A stretch of 64,000 nt of DNA from contig CAVXKA010000001.1 in assembly GCA_963762255.1 (NCBI GenBank), forward strand, positions 672,001 to 736,000. The letters are read 5' to 3'. Shown piece by piece: positions 27,895 through 36,628 of this stretch. Source of the stretch: Candidatus Eiseniibacteriota bacterium. Its GTDB lineage: Bacteria; Eisenbacteria; RBG-16-71-46; JABDJR01. The notes under the pieces were generated by a model. That model saw only the letters and a program-made list of their open reading frames with translations. It made no database searches and was not told the DNA's origin. The number at the start of each line of letters is the position of its first letter. The first letter of the stretch is position 1. Both the position numbers and the translations under genes were made by a program.

Positions 27895-28165
27895 AGGAGA
27901 CAAGAAACTCCAGGGAAGACCGAACCCGCGCCGGTGGAACCCGGGTTCCTCGGCGCGGCGCTCGGCGGGGGCCCGACCCGCGAAAGGGGTCGGGCGTCCG
28001 GCAAGGACTGAGTAGAGCGTAGACGAGTCAGTTGGGTAGGCCGCACCGGGGGGAGTGTGTCGGGATTGCAGGGTAGCCTGCAGTCCTGGGGGAACGCACC
28101 TCCCCCCGGTGACGGACTCCAGCGCGTCGCCGGGCGTGCCGCCGGATCGCAAGGCCTCGAACCGC
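27895..28165 (+). ncRNA. Candidate structured ncRNA 5 (boundaries and strand approximate)
   Basis: Stems 27926-33/27951-58, 27971-79/27987-95 (GAAA loop), 28044-55/28100-11 and 28062-72/28077-87. Confidence 0.55.
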
Positions 28166-28167
28166 GC

Positions 28168-28641
28168 TCACGGCCGGATCGAGAAATCCCCGATCTGCGG
28201 CCGCACCAGCTCCACATAGTCGTCGTGCTTGATGCGCACCACGTCCTCGTGGGTGCCCGCGTTGAACGTGATCCACCCCTGCGACGACATATCCTTGCAG
28301 AGATAAACCGGGATCCCATAGAGATTGCCGAACGGCGGCTCCGCGCCCACCGCGCAGTCGGGGCACATCTTGAGGATTTCGTCCTCCGTCGCGAGGCGGA
28401 TCTTCTCGCACCCGATGTACGCCCGCAGCTTCTCGATGCTCACCTTGTAGTGGGCGGGCAGCACCGCCATCACGAACCCGTCCTCGACCTTGAACAGCAC
28501 CGCCTTTGCGAACTGGCTCCCCGGAGTCGCGGTGTCGGCGGCGGTCTCCTGCGCCGTGTAGTCGCGGCGATGGTGGATGGTCTGATAGTGAATGTTGCGC
28601 TCGTCCAGGTAGTCGCGAAGCCTCGAGATCATGGTGGCCAT
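28168..28641 (-). CDS. YbaK/EbsC family aminoacyl-tRNA deacylase
   Basis: YTAQETA, AKAV, GAEPPFGNLY and FNAGTH motifs. Confidence 0.92.
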   Translation of the reverse strand: MATMISRLRDYLDERNIHYQTIHHRRDYTAQETAADTATPGSQFAKAVLFKVEDGFVMAVLPAHYKVSIEKLRAYIGCEKIRLATEDEILKMCPDCAVGAEPPFGNLYGIPVYLCKDMSSQGWITFNAGTHEDVVRIKHDDYVELVRPQIGDFSIRP

Positions 28642-28836
28642 GGCGCACTCACCTGCCTTTCGTCCGATGGACACAGGGGTGCCAGGAGGGGAGCCGGGCG
28701 AGTCGAGGATGCGGGGGGTGCCGTACCGAGACGTGCCTCTATTCATAGCAGCCTCGGCGCCGCGGCTCAAGCCGGCGTTGCGGTTCCCGGCCGTCCGGGC
28801 GGAGAATCCCACTGGTTCGCCTTGAAAGGAGCTTCC

Positions 28837-30357
28837 GTGCTGCGTCTGACTTGTGCGCTGGTCTTGTTGACTCTTCTGGTCGCCGATCGTCCTCTCGCGG
28901 TGGCCGAGTCCACCGCGGCTGAAACCGGGACCGCGGCGCCCCCCGCGATGAACTCTGCGGCGCTCATCGCCCTGGCCGACTCCGTTCAGAGCGAGGTCGA
29001 GATGCTCCGCGGCTGGACCTTCAAGCACCCGGTCGCCAAGGACGTGCGCTCGCCGGAGCAGCTCCACGCGTTTCTCAAGGAGAGCCTCGACCGCGAGTAT
29101 CCCGACGATCGCTTCGAGCACGTGCAGTCCTTCCTGCGCACCGTCGGCCTCTTGCCCGAGCCCGTCGGCCTGGAGAGCACGCTCGTCTCGATCCTCCTGA
29201 ACCAGGTCGCGGGCTTCTACGATCCGGCCACGCGCGGCTTCTACATGGTCAACCTGGACGGCATGCACATGCCGCCGGCCATGCTGCGCATCCTCATCGC
29301 GCACGAGCTCACGCACGCGCTCGACGATCAGTACGTGAGCCTCGATTCGCTCCTCTTCGCGGTGGAACCCACCGAGGACGCGCAGTTCGCGGTGGCGGCG
29401 GTGGCCGAGGGTTCGGCCATGGAACTCATGACCCGCTACCTGGCGCGCATGCAGATGACCGGCGCGCTCCCAGCCGAGGAACTTAGCGCGCTCATGCGCT
29501 CGGAGATGGAGCGGAGCCGGCCATTCCTGGAGTCGCCGCCCTACTTCGCGTCCATCGTCGGGCGCTACACATGTGGCATGTGGTTTCTGCTGCGTAACGA
29601 CATGACCGCGCTCATGAACGTGAACGGAGATTCGGGGGTGGGGAAGGTGCTGCCTCAGGTCTGGGCGCGGCTGCCGCGCTCTTCGGAGCAGATCCTGCAT
29701 CGGGAGAAGTACTGGGATGAGGCCTCGCGCGACGAGCCGGTGGTGGTGGATGACGAGTCGGTGCGGATCGTGTTGGCGGCGGCGGGAGCGCGCGTGCTGC
29801 ACACGAACACGGTAGGGGAGGCGCTCTGCGCGGTACTCACGCGAACAGCCGCCGACGGGTTCAGCGTGATGACGGCCGCATCCGCAAGCGCGTGGACGAA
29901 CACGGCGGCTTCGGGCTGGGGCGGGGATCGGTTCTATCTGCTGGGGGCGGCGGGGGCGGACGGTTCTTCGGCCGGCGCGACGCAGAGCGGGTTCGCCCGT
30001 CGACCGCAGTCCGACGGGCCGCGAAGCGGGGGACCCGTCGGCGAGGACGACGGGCGACACGCGATGCGACGCGCGCGCGGCATGTGGATCACCACGTGGG
30101 ACACGCCGACCGACCGCGACGAGTTCGTCGCCGCGTACACGCCGGTGGCCGAGGCTCGCGGGGCGGTGGCGGTGATCGTTGGGGAGCGCTCGGCGGTGTA
30201 CGTCTACGGTTTCGGCGGAGGTGCCGCAGGCTCTCGCGATGCGGGCGGCGTTGCCGGCTCTCGCGCCGCCGGTCGCGCCGCGGTGGACGCGATCATCGCC
30301 GACCTCAAGGCCGCGCCGTCGCCGCTCTCGCAGGCCGGTCAGCCCGTGGCGTGGTGA
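28837..30357 (+). CDS. Secreted putative zinc metallopeptidase (HExxH)
   Basis: Signal peptide; GFYDP, IAHELTHALDDQ, AEG, SSEQILH and GWGGD motifs. Confidence 0.8.
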   Translation: MLRLTCALVLLTLLVADRPLAVAESTAAETGTAAPPAMNSAALIALADSVQSEVEMLRGWTFKHPVAKDVRSPEQLHAFLKESLDREYPDDRFEHVQSFLRTVGLLPEPVGLESTLVSILLNQVAGFYDPATRGFYMVNLDGMHMPPAMLRILIAHELTHALDDQYVSLDSLLFAVEPTEDAQFAVAAVAEGSAMELMTRYLARMQMTGALPAEELSALMRSEMERSRPFLESPPYFASIVGRYTCGMWFLLRNDMTALMNVNGDSGVGKVLPQVWARLPRSSEQILHREKYWDEASRDEPVVVDDESVRIVLAAAGARVLHTNTVGEALCAVLTRTAADGFSVMTAASASAWTNTAASGWGGDRFYLLGAAGADGSSAGATQSGFARRPQSDGPRSGGPVGEDDGRHAMRRARGMWITTWDTPTDRDEFVAAYTPVAEARGAVAVIVGERSAVYVYGFGGGAAGSRDAGGVAGSRAAGRAAVDAIIADLKAAPSPLSQAGQPVAW

Positions 30358-30396
30358 CCGCGCGGTGCCGCGCCAGCCAGATGATCACCCGGGTGA
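30340..30396 (+). repeat. Left copy of duplicated segment flanking higBA
   Basis: 30340-30365 matches 31143-31168 (25/26); 30380-30396 matches 31288-31304 (17/17). Confidence 0.8.
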
Positions 30397-30409
30397 GTAC
30401 GCTGCGTCA

Positions 30410-30733
30410 CTATCCCGCCGCTCTCATCTTCTTGATCTTATCCAACTCCGGCGCCTCCGCTTTGAGGGCGTGGTAGAGATCCCAGCGCAGTTGCAGGTTC
30501 AGCCAGAACTCCGGGGAGTTACCGAAGAACTTCGAGAGCCGGAGCGCCGTGCTTGGCGTCACGCCCCGCCGACCGTTGATCAACTCGTTCACCCGCTGGT
30601 AGGGAACTCGTATCCCGTTGGCCAAGTCCCGCTGTGAAACCCGGAGGGGTTTCAAGAACTCCTCCAACAGCATGTCACCCGGGTGAACAGGTTCTCTCTG
30701 CGTTGGCACGCGCACGGTCGCCATCTGCGTCAT
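30410..30733 (-). CDS. higA: HigA antitoxin (Xre HTH)
   Basis: PVHPGDMLLEEFL and ALRLSKFFGNSPEFWLNLQ motifs. Confidence 0.93.
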   Translation of the reverse strand: MTQMATVRVPTQREPVHPGDMLLEEFLKPLRVSQRDLANGIRVPYQRVNELINGRRGVTPSTALRLSKFFGNSPEFWLNLQLRWDLYHALKAEAPELDKIKKMRAAG

Positions 30734-31032
30734 CTCCCACGGTGATAGTCGACGATCTCCACGTTCTCCGGCCCCGACGGCGTCCACAGGAAACAAACCC
30801 GATACTGGTCGTTGATCCGAATGCTGTGCTGACCCAGGCGACTCCCCGCCAGCGCCTCCAGGCGATTGCCGGGTGGCACCCCGAGATCGCGCAGATCGCG
30901 GGACGAGTCGAGTTGCTCGAGTTTCCTTGCGGCAACACGCCACAGGCCGCGGGGACAGGCCGCGCGAGCACGACGGGTGTCCTTGCCGTCGAAGACATCT
31001 TCGGTCGCCTCATCCCTGAAGGACCGGATCAC
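30730..31032 (-). CDS. higB: HigB (RelE/ParE-family) toxin
   Basis: IRSFRD, PPGNRLEAL and HSIRINDQYR motifs; C-terminal IVDYH. Confidence 0.93.
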   Translation of the reverse strand: MIRSFRDEATEDVFDGKDTRRARAACPRGLWRVAARKLEQLDSSRDLRDLGVPPGNRLEALAGSRLGQHSIRINDQYRVCFLWTPSGPENVEIVDYHRGR

Positions 31033-31049
31033 GATGCCATGATAGCACG

Positions 31050-31063
31050 GATAGCATGCTATC
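31050..31063. promoter_or_regulatory. Palindrome GATAGCATGCTATC, putative HigA operator
   Basis: Perfect 14-bp palindrome just upstream of the minus-strand TATCAT -10 (31044-31039). Confidence 0.6.
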
Positions 31064-31142
31064 ACCTCCCTGATGCGGACGGCGGGTGTGGGACGGGGAG
31101 AGAGATAGTCTAGCTGGCCAGTGCGGCACGTGTCGCGGGTGC

Positions 31143-31308
31143 CAGCCCGTGGCCTGGTGACCGCGCGGCGCGCGCGGCGTTCGCCGTGCGCGCGCAGCGG
31201 AGGGGCGCTTCAGCGGGACCCCGACGCGAGCACGCACGGCGACGCCGAGCGACGCTGCGCCGCCCGCGACCCGCATAGCGCCGCACGGATGATCACCCGG
31301 GTGATCAT
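31143..31308 (+). repeat. Right copy of duplicated segment, including palindrome ATGATCACCCGGGTGATCAT
   Basis: See 30340-30396. The perfect 20-bp palindrome is at 31289-31308. Confidence 0.75.
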
Positions 31309-31467
31309 TCGCGTTAACCCTTAAAAAACAACCACTTCCACGAGTCCGGCCGGCTGGACTAGGCTCATCGAATCCTCCCGTCCGCTCGGAGGAACCCCAT
31401 GTTTGACCTACGGATGATTTATCGATATACTAATCGTCATACCGACACATGATCGATGGGGGCCTCG

Positions 31468-31674
31468 ATGGAAGTCGTCACCGTTTCCCCAAAGTTCCAG
31501 GTCGTCATCCCCAAGGCGGTCCGCGAGGAACTCGCGCTGCGCCCTGGTACGAAAATGCTCGCGATCGTCAAGGAGGGCTGCGTCCAGCTCATACCGGTAC
31601 GCTCGGCCAGAGATCTGAGGGGCTTCCTCCGGGGAATCGACACGACCGTCCCCCGCGAGGAGGATCGGCGATGA
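31468..31674 (+). CDS. AbrB/MazE-type antitoxin (VapB)
   Basis: VSPKFQVVIPKAVRE motif. Confidence 0.9.
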   Translation: MEVVTVSPKFQVVIPKAVREELALRPGTKMLAIVKEGCVQLIPVRSARDLRGFLRGIDTTVPREEDRR

Positions 31675-32051
31675 ACCTGGTCGATTCATCGGGATGGTTG
31701 GAGTACTTCGCCAAGGGGCCGAACGCGGGGTTCTTCGCGAAGGCGATCGAGCAACACGAGCAGCTGATCGTGCCGACCCTTGCCATCTACGAGGTCTTCA
31801 AGCGGGTGGCGACCCAGCGAGGCGAGCTTCCCGCCCTGCAGGCGATCACCGCGATGTCCGAGGGACGCATCGTGGACTTGACCGCCGAGCTCGCCATGAA
31901 CGCGGCGCGCGCCAGCGTGGCGCTGCGATTGCCGATGGCGGACAGCGTGATGCTCGCCACGGCCCGCGCGCATGGTGCGGTGTTCTGGACGCAGGACGCC
32001 GACTTCGCCGGCGTCGACGGCGTGAAGTACGTGGCGCGCTCGGTGGACTGA
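31671..32051 (+). CDS. vapC: VapC PIN-domain toxin
   Basis: VDSSGWLEY, YEV, MADS and WTQDADF motifs; ATGA overlap with the antitoxin. Confidence 0.92.
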   Translation: MNLVDSSGWLEYFAKGPNAGFFAKAIEQHEQLIVPTLAIYEVFKRVATQRGELPALQAITAMSEGRIVDLTAELAMNAARASVALRLPMADSVMLATARAHGAVFWTQDADFAGVDGVKYVARSVD

Positions 32052-32058
32052 ATCGGCG

Positions 32059-34902
32059 CTATCGCACGACCACGAGCTTCTGCGCCGAGCTCCGGCTCTC
32101 CTCCCCGTTCCGCTCGGTGAGCCGCACCATGTAGATCCCTGCCGGCGCCCGCCGCCCGCGCTCGTCGAGCCCGTCCCAGGACACCGTTCCCGATCCCGTC
32201 GCCCCGCGCAACAGCGTTCGTACGCGGCGACCGGCGAGATCGAGCACGTCCACTGAAGCGCTCCACCCCGTCTCCAACTGGAACGCGATCTGCGACGCGC
32301 GCGTCAAGGGATTCGGCGCCGGCGGCATGAGCCCTCGGGCGGCCGCGGGGGAGTCCCCGCCCACGCCCACGGCCGTCGGCTGCCCGCAGTCGTGGCAGAA
32401 CGTCCGCTCGGGGTAGCTCCCGTACATGGGCCATTTCCACGACGACTCCGCCCCGGGAGCCGCGTTCACATCCATGACCGTGATCTTGGAATGCGTGAGA
32501 AACACGACTTCCAGGCTCCCGTCGTTGTCCAGGTCCCAGCTCGCCGCCGAAAGGAAACACGGCTCGCCGAGGCCGATCGGCCACCCGACCGCGTCGAACC
32601 CCCACACGTCCCAGGCGTAGACGCTGTCATTGGGGGCGGTAACCAACGCGAACGGGTCGGCGCCGATCATGTCAGCGGTGGCCGGCGCCTCGATCTCGGT
32701 CCCCGGCGAGACCATCCGCGGCCACGAGGGAGGCGTCGAGCCGTCCATCTCCAGGAGGTGCACGGTGTCGTCCACGAGCGGCACCACGAGCATCGGGTGC
32801 GTCGAGCCGTAGCCGCGCAGGAGAACCGGGGTGGGGGTAAGGGCCGGCGCGCCCAACGAGACCGGCCAGCCCGGAAGATCCGCGCCGGTGTGGTGCATGA
32901 GCGTGACCTTGCCCGTCACGGACGAGACCGCGATCTCGAGATCCCCGTTCGCGTCGTCGTCGCACTCGGCGAGAGCCACGGGGCCAAACAACGGATCCGA
33001 GGCGAAGCTGCGCACCATGAGCGCGGTTCCGTCGTGCCGGTCCACGTGTACGGCGTCGGCGAGCGCGGTGACGATCTCGGCGTAGCCGTCCCGGTCCACG
33101 TCGGCGATCGCCGCGGGCCCCGCCACGAACGAAGGCTTGATGAGCGGGAATCCGGGCATTTCCGAACCGAGCGAGAACGCGTGCACTTCCTGGCCGCACA
33201 CCGCCACCACCTGCCACGCGTCGGTGGCGCTCCAGAGGGGGCCGATGCTCACGTAGACGGATTGACCGATGTCGAGATTGATCGGGTACCCGGGCATAAC
33301 CGCACCGCCCTGGTCGTAGGCGCGCACGATCCCGACCGCGGTCCCCACGACCAACTCGGTGGCCCCGTCGCCGTCGATGTCGCCTCCCGCCACCGCCGAA
33401 CCGACCCCCACCTGCCCCACGTACACGGGCCACCCGCTCACTTCGGTCCCGTCGTGGTTGAGCACGTGGAGGTAGCCCGTCGAGTCGGCGAAGAAGATCT
33501 CCATGCCGATGTCGCCGTCCAACTCCGCCACGCCGGGATGCGTGACCGGGGGCGAGGAAAGCGCCACCGGGAAGCCCGCCTCGATCCGCGGGAATCCCTC
33601 GGCGCGGAACCAGTCCCCTTCGAAGAAGAGGCTGTCCGGCGTACCGATCGCGTTGTCCTTGCCCCACAAGTAACCGCGCTGATTCTCCATGGCCGGGTTG
33701 GTCTTGATGTCCGCGGGGGCCGTGGTCGATCCGCTGGTGATGGGAGCATCGGCATAGGGGGACAGACCCGGCATGGCCAGCGGGCTGACATGGCTCGAGG
33801 TGGAGAAGCCGTGCCGCTGGGTCGCATTGTCGATGGCGGTCATGCCGTACCCGCCCTGCTCGGGGACCGTCACGAGGCAGGCTGACTTGGCGCCGGCGAT
33901 GCACATGCTGTCCGCGTACGCCCACGTCGCCCCGTAGTTGTAGGAGGCGCGCAGGGTGGTGCTGATCGGCGAGGACAGGTAACTGATGCTCATGAGCGCC
34001 TTGCCGTCATCCAGAGAGGCGGCGACCGCGGTAAGGTATTCGTCGGTGCCGTTGGACTCGTGGGTGAGCAGGTAGACCGACTGCCAGTCGCTCGGACCGT
34101 TCACCGCCCAGTTGAGGGCGCGTTGGTAGAGTACTTCGGCGTTCTTCGGCGGGCCCCCCGTCGGATATCCCGAGCGTGTCCACGCTACGTGCACGACGCC
34201 CCCGAAGCCGACCGCCATCCGGGGAAGGTGGTATTGGTAGCCGAGAACGGGGAGGGTGGTGATATAGCTCGAGCCCCAGGTCGCCCCCTGGTCCCCAGAC
34301 CGTGCGAATCGGATCTCGCCGCCGTCGGAGCGAGAGGTGACCACGAACACGGAGTAGTTGGTCTGGAACTCCGCGGTGGAGCCGATGTCGAAAAAGTCGA
34401 TCGTGTTCCCCAGGTCGGTCAAGGTCTGGCCGCTCCACGTCGGGCTCGCCGACGAGGGATCGGTGTACGCCACTCCCACCTGGAAGCCGGATATGCCGTC
34501 GATGATGAAGCCGAGGAAGAGGCGGGGGTTCGCTCCTCGAGCCATGTGAAGCGTCGGGGCCAAGTAGTCGGCGGCTAAGACGTAGGCGCCCAGGGTGCTC
34601 CAGAGGCTCCAGGTCTTGCCGTCGTCGAGCGATCGATAGACGCGGATGACCTTGTTCGGCCCCGACACCACGGACACCGCGGCGAACGCGGTGCCATCGT
34701 CTGCGAAGGCCAGGGAGGTCTTCAGCATCGAGGCGTCCATCTCGCGGGCGGTGGCCACGAGCGCGTCAGGTTCCATGTAGACGCTAGCCTGCACGACCGA
34801 TGGGGCCAGGAGCAGGAAGGTGGGCAGCAGAATGCAGCAGACGTGGCCGGGGCCGCGGGTGAAGAGCACGCGCAGTCTAGCGCGGAGGTCGCGAGGCTTC
34901 AC
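32059..34902 (-). CDS. Secreted sialidase/BNR + FG-GAP repeat protein with FlgD/T9SS-like C-terminal domain
   Basis: SxDxGxTW repeats, DxDGDG..E repeats, and APNP..GRRVRTL..WDG..GIY..KLVVVR tail. Confidence 0.8.
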   Translation of the reverse strand: MKPRDLRARLRVLFTRGPGHVCCILLPTFLLLAPSVVQASVYMEPDALVATAREMDASMLKTSLAFADDGTAFAAVSVVSGPNKVIRVYRSLDDGKTWSLWSTLGAYVLAADYLAPTLHMARGANPRLFLGFIIDGISGFQVGVAYTDPSSASPTWSGQTLTDLGNTIDFFDIGSTAEFQTNYSVFVVTSRSDGGEIRFARSGDQGATWGSSYITTLPVLGYQYHLPRMAVGFGGVVHVAWTRSGYPTGGPPKNAEVLYQRALNWAVNGPSDWQSVYLLTHESNGTDEYLTAVAASLDDGKALMSISYLSSPISTTLRASYNYGATWAYADSMCIAGAKSACLVTVPEQGGYGMTAIDNATQRHGFSTSSHVSPLAMPGLSPYADAPITSGSTTAPADIKTNPAMENQRGYLWGKDNAIGTPDSLFFEGDWFRAEGFPRIEAGFPVALSSPPVTHPGVAELDGDIGMEIFFADSTGYLHVLNHDGTEVSGWPVYVGQVGVGSAVAGGDIDGDGATELVVGTAVGIVRAYDQGGAVMPGYPINLDIGQSVYVSIGPLWSATDAWQVVAVCGQEVHAFSLGSEMPGFPLIKPSFVAGPAAIADVDRDGYAEIVTALADAVHVDRHDGTALMVRSFASDPLFGPVALAECDDDANGDLEIAVSSVTGKVTLMHHTGADLPGWPVSLGAPALTPTPVLLRGYGSTHPMLVVPLVDDTVHLLEMDGSTPPSWPRMVSPGTEIEAPATADMIGADPFALVTAPNDSVYAWDVWGFDAVGWPIGLGEPCFLSAASWDLDNDGSLEVVFLTHSKITVMDVNAAPGAESSWKWPMYGSYPERTFCHDCGQPTAVGVGGDSPAAARGLMPPAPNPLTRASQIAFQLETGWSASVDVLDLAGRRVRTLLRGATGSGTVSWDGLDERGRRAPAGIYMVRLTERNGEESRSSAQKLVVVR

Positions 34903-35086
34903 GACACACCTCCCTGACAAAGCGAGGACCACCAGAACAAGGGTGCGGCCTTCCCCGCATGGGGGTGCGGGAGGGATGGTCCGCAGGGACGGTTCGAGCG
35001 AAATTATAGCGTATTTGTCGTGAATCCGGGCCGGGAATCGGGGGGGCCTTCGGCGAGGGCGACGGGCGAACGCGAAGCGCCGCCCG

Positions 35087-35620
35087 CTACCCCAGCCGCT
35101 CCACCATCTCCCGCGCGCTCGCTGCCTGTACGATGAGTTCTCGGTGGCGCGCGTTCACGAACCCTTCCTCCACCGCGTGATCGAGCAGCCGAACCAATGG
35201 GTCGTAATAACCGGCTACGTTGAGCAGACCGACCGGCTTGGTGTGGATCCCGAGATAGGCCCAGGTCAGCACCTCGAAGAACTCCTCGAAGGTGCCGATC
35301 CCGCCCGGTAGCGCGATGAAGGCATCCGCCTGCGCCGCCATCTGCGCCTTGCGCTCGTGCATGTCGCGCACCACGCGGAGTTCGGTGACTCCTTCGTGCG
35401 CCAGTTCCGGCGTGCGGAGTCGATCGGGGATGATGCCGATCACCGAGCCGCCGGCGGCGAGCACGACATCGGCCAGCACGCCCATGAGCCCGACACGTCC
35501 GCCGCCGTAGACCAGTCCGATCCCGCGCGCGGCCAGCTCGGCTCCCAACTCGCGCGCGGCATCGGCGTACTCGGCGCGCGCACCGGCGTGCGATCCCGCG
35601 AAGACACAAAGCCATTTCAT
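35087..35620 (-). CDS. LOG family protein (TIGR00730)
   Basis: LVYGGG, MHERK and LPGGIGTFEE motifs. Confidence 0.93.
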   Translation of the reverse strand: MKWLCVFAGSHAGARAEYADAARELGAELAARGIGLVYGGGRVGLMGVLADVVLAAGGSVIGIIPDRLRTPELAHEGVTELRVVRDMHERKAQMAAQADAFIALPGGIGTFEEFFEVLTWAYLGIHTKPVGLLNVAGYYDPLVRLLDHAVEEGFVNARHRELIVQAASAREMVERLG

Positions 35621-35788
35621 GACCGGGATTCTACGCCTCGTGTCTGCGGCAGCTCGCGGGGTCTCTTCGGTGATTCTGGCAAACGGCGACTGGACAAGCC
35701 CCTTCGAAGGCCGTAAAGTCTGTCCCCTGTAGGGGTTTCGGGTCGGCAAAGATCCCGCCTAAGTTGACGGATTCAGTCTACCTTTCGG

Positions 35789-35802
35789 TGCTGTATAATG
35801 CA
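35789..35802 (+). promoter_or_regulatory. TGCTGTATAATGCA near-palindrome containing the TATAAT -10 (putative autoregulatory operator)
   Basis: TATAAT at 35794-35799; ATG at 35807. Confidence 0.55.
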
Positions 35803-35806
35803 TTCC

Positions 35807-36619
35807 ATGACAGATGACCACGGCGCTCCAAAGTCTCGCAAAAGCTCCGCCCTGAAACAGCTTGGGGAAACCGTGCGCGGGTTGCGCCGGGCCCAAGGCC
35901 TGACGCGAGCGGATCTCGCGGGACGTTCCGGACTCAGCCTCCGTTTCCTCGCGCAGCTGGAGGGCGGGGCCGGGAACATCTCGTATCTTCGGCTGCGTCA
36001 GCTTTCCGCCGCTCTCGGCCTGGAGACGGGTGCGTTGATCGAGCGCGCCGAGGCCTCGGCGGGGCGCTCCATCGCGCTCATCGGAATGCGCGGCGCAGGC
36101 AAGAGCGTGGTGGGAGCGATGCTGGCAGAGCGCCTGGGTCTACCGTTCGTGGAACTCGACGAGGCGATCGAGCAGGACGCTGGGATGTCGCTGAGGCAGC
36201 TCTTCGAGCTGCAGGGCGAAGCATCCTACCGCCGGATCGAGCACGAGTCGCTGGCGCGCGTTCTGTTCGACGGCCGCAGGAGCGTGTTCGCCGCCGGCGG
36301 CGGCATCGTCACTGCCCGAGAGACATTTGGCCTCCTTCGCCGCCGGACGCTCACCGTGTGGCTCAAGGCCACACCCCGTGATCACTGGGACCGCGTGTCC
36401 GCACAGGGAGATCTGCGACCCATCAGCCGACCCGACGCGGTGGCCGATATGCATCGTTTGTGGGCGGAGCGTTCGCCTCTCTACGCCGAGGCCGACCTTA
36501 TCGTGGAAACGACGGGCCGCAGCGTGCCGGAAGTGGTGGAAGCGATTTTGGCCGAGCTGCCCCAATCAGAATCCGTGACCGATACCAAGAATCTAGTCCC
36601 CGAGCAACGCCAACCTTAG
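35807..36619 (+). CDS. Xre HTH-shikimate kinase fusion regulator (BzdR/BoxR family)
   Basis: SLRFLAQLEGGAGNIS followed by IALIGMRGAGKS and VSAQGDLRP. Confidence 0.88.
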   Translation: MTDDHGAPKSRKSSALKQLGETVRGLRRAQGLTRADLAGRSGLSLRFLAQLEGGAGNISYLRLRQLSAALGLETGALIERAEASAGRSIALIGMRGAGKSVVGAMLAERLGLPFVELDEAIEQDAGMSLRQLFELQGEASYRRIEHESLARVLFDGRRSVFAAGGGIVTARETFGLLRRRTLTVWLKATPRDHWDRVSAQGDLRPISRPDAVADMHRLWAERSPLYAEADLIVETTGRSVPEVVEAILAELPQSESVTDTKNLVPEQRQP

Positions 36620-36628
36620 GAGAGATAA

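Noticed and set aside
30221-30285. Short AGSR-coding tandem repeats
   Set aside because: Ordinary low-complexity loop expansion inside the peptidase gene.
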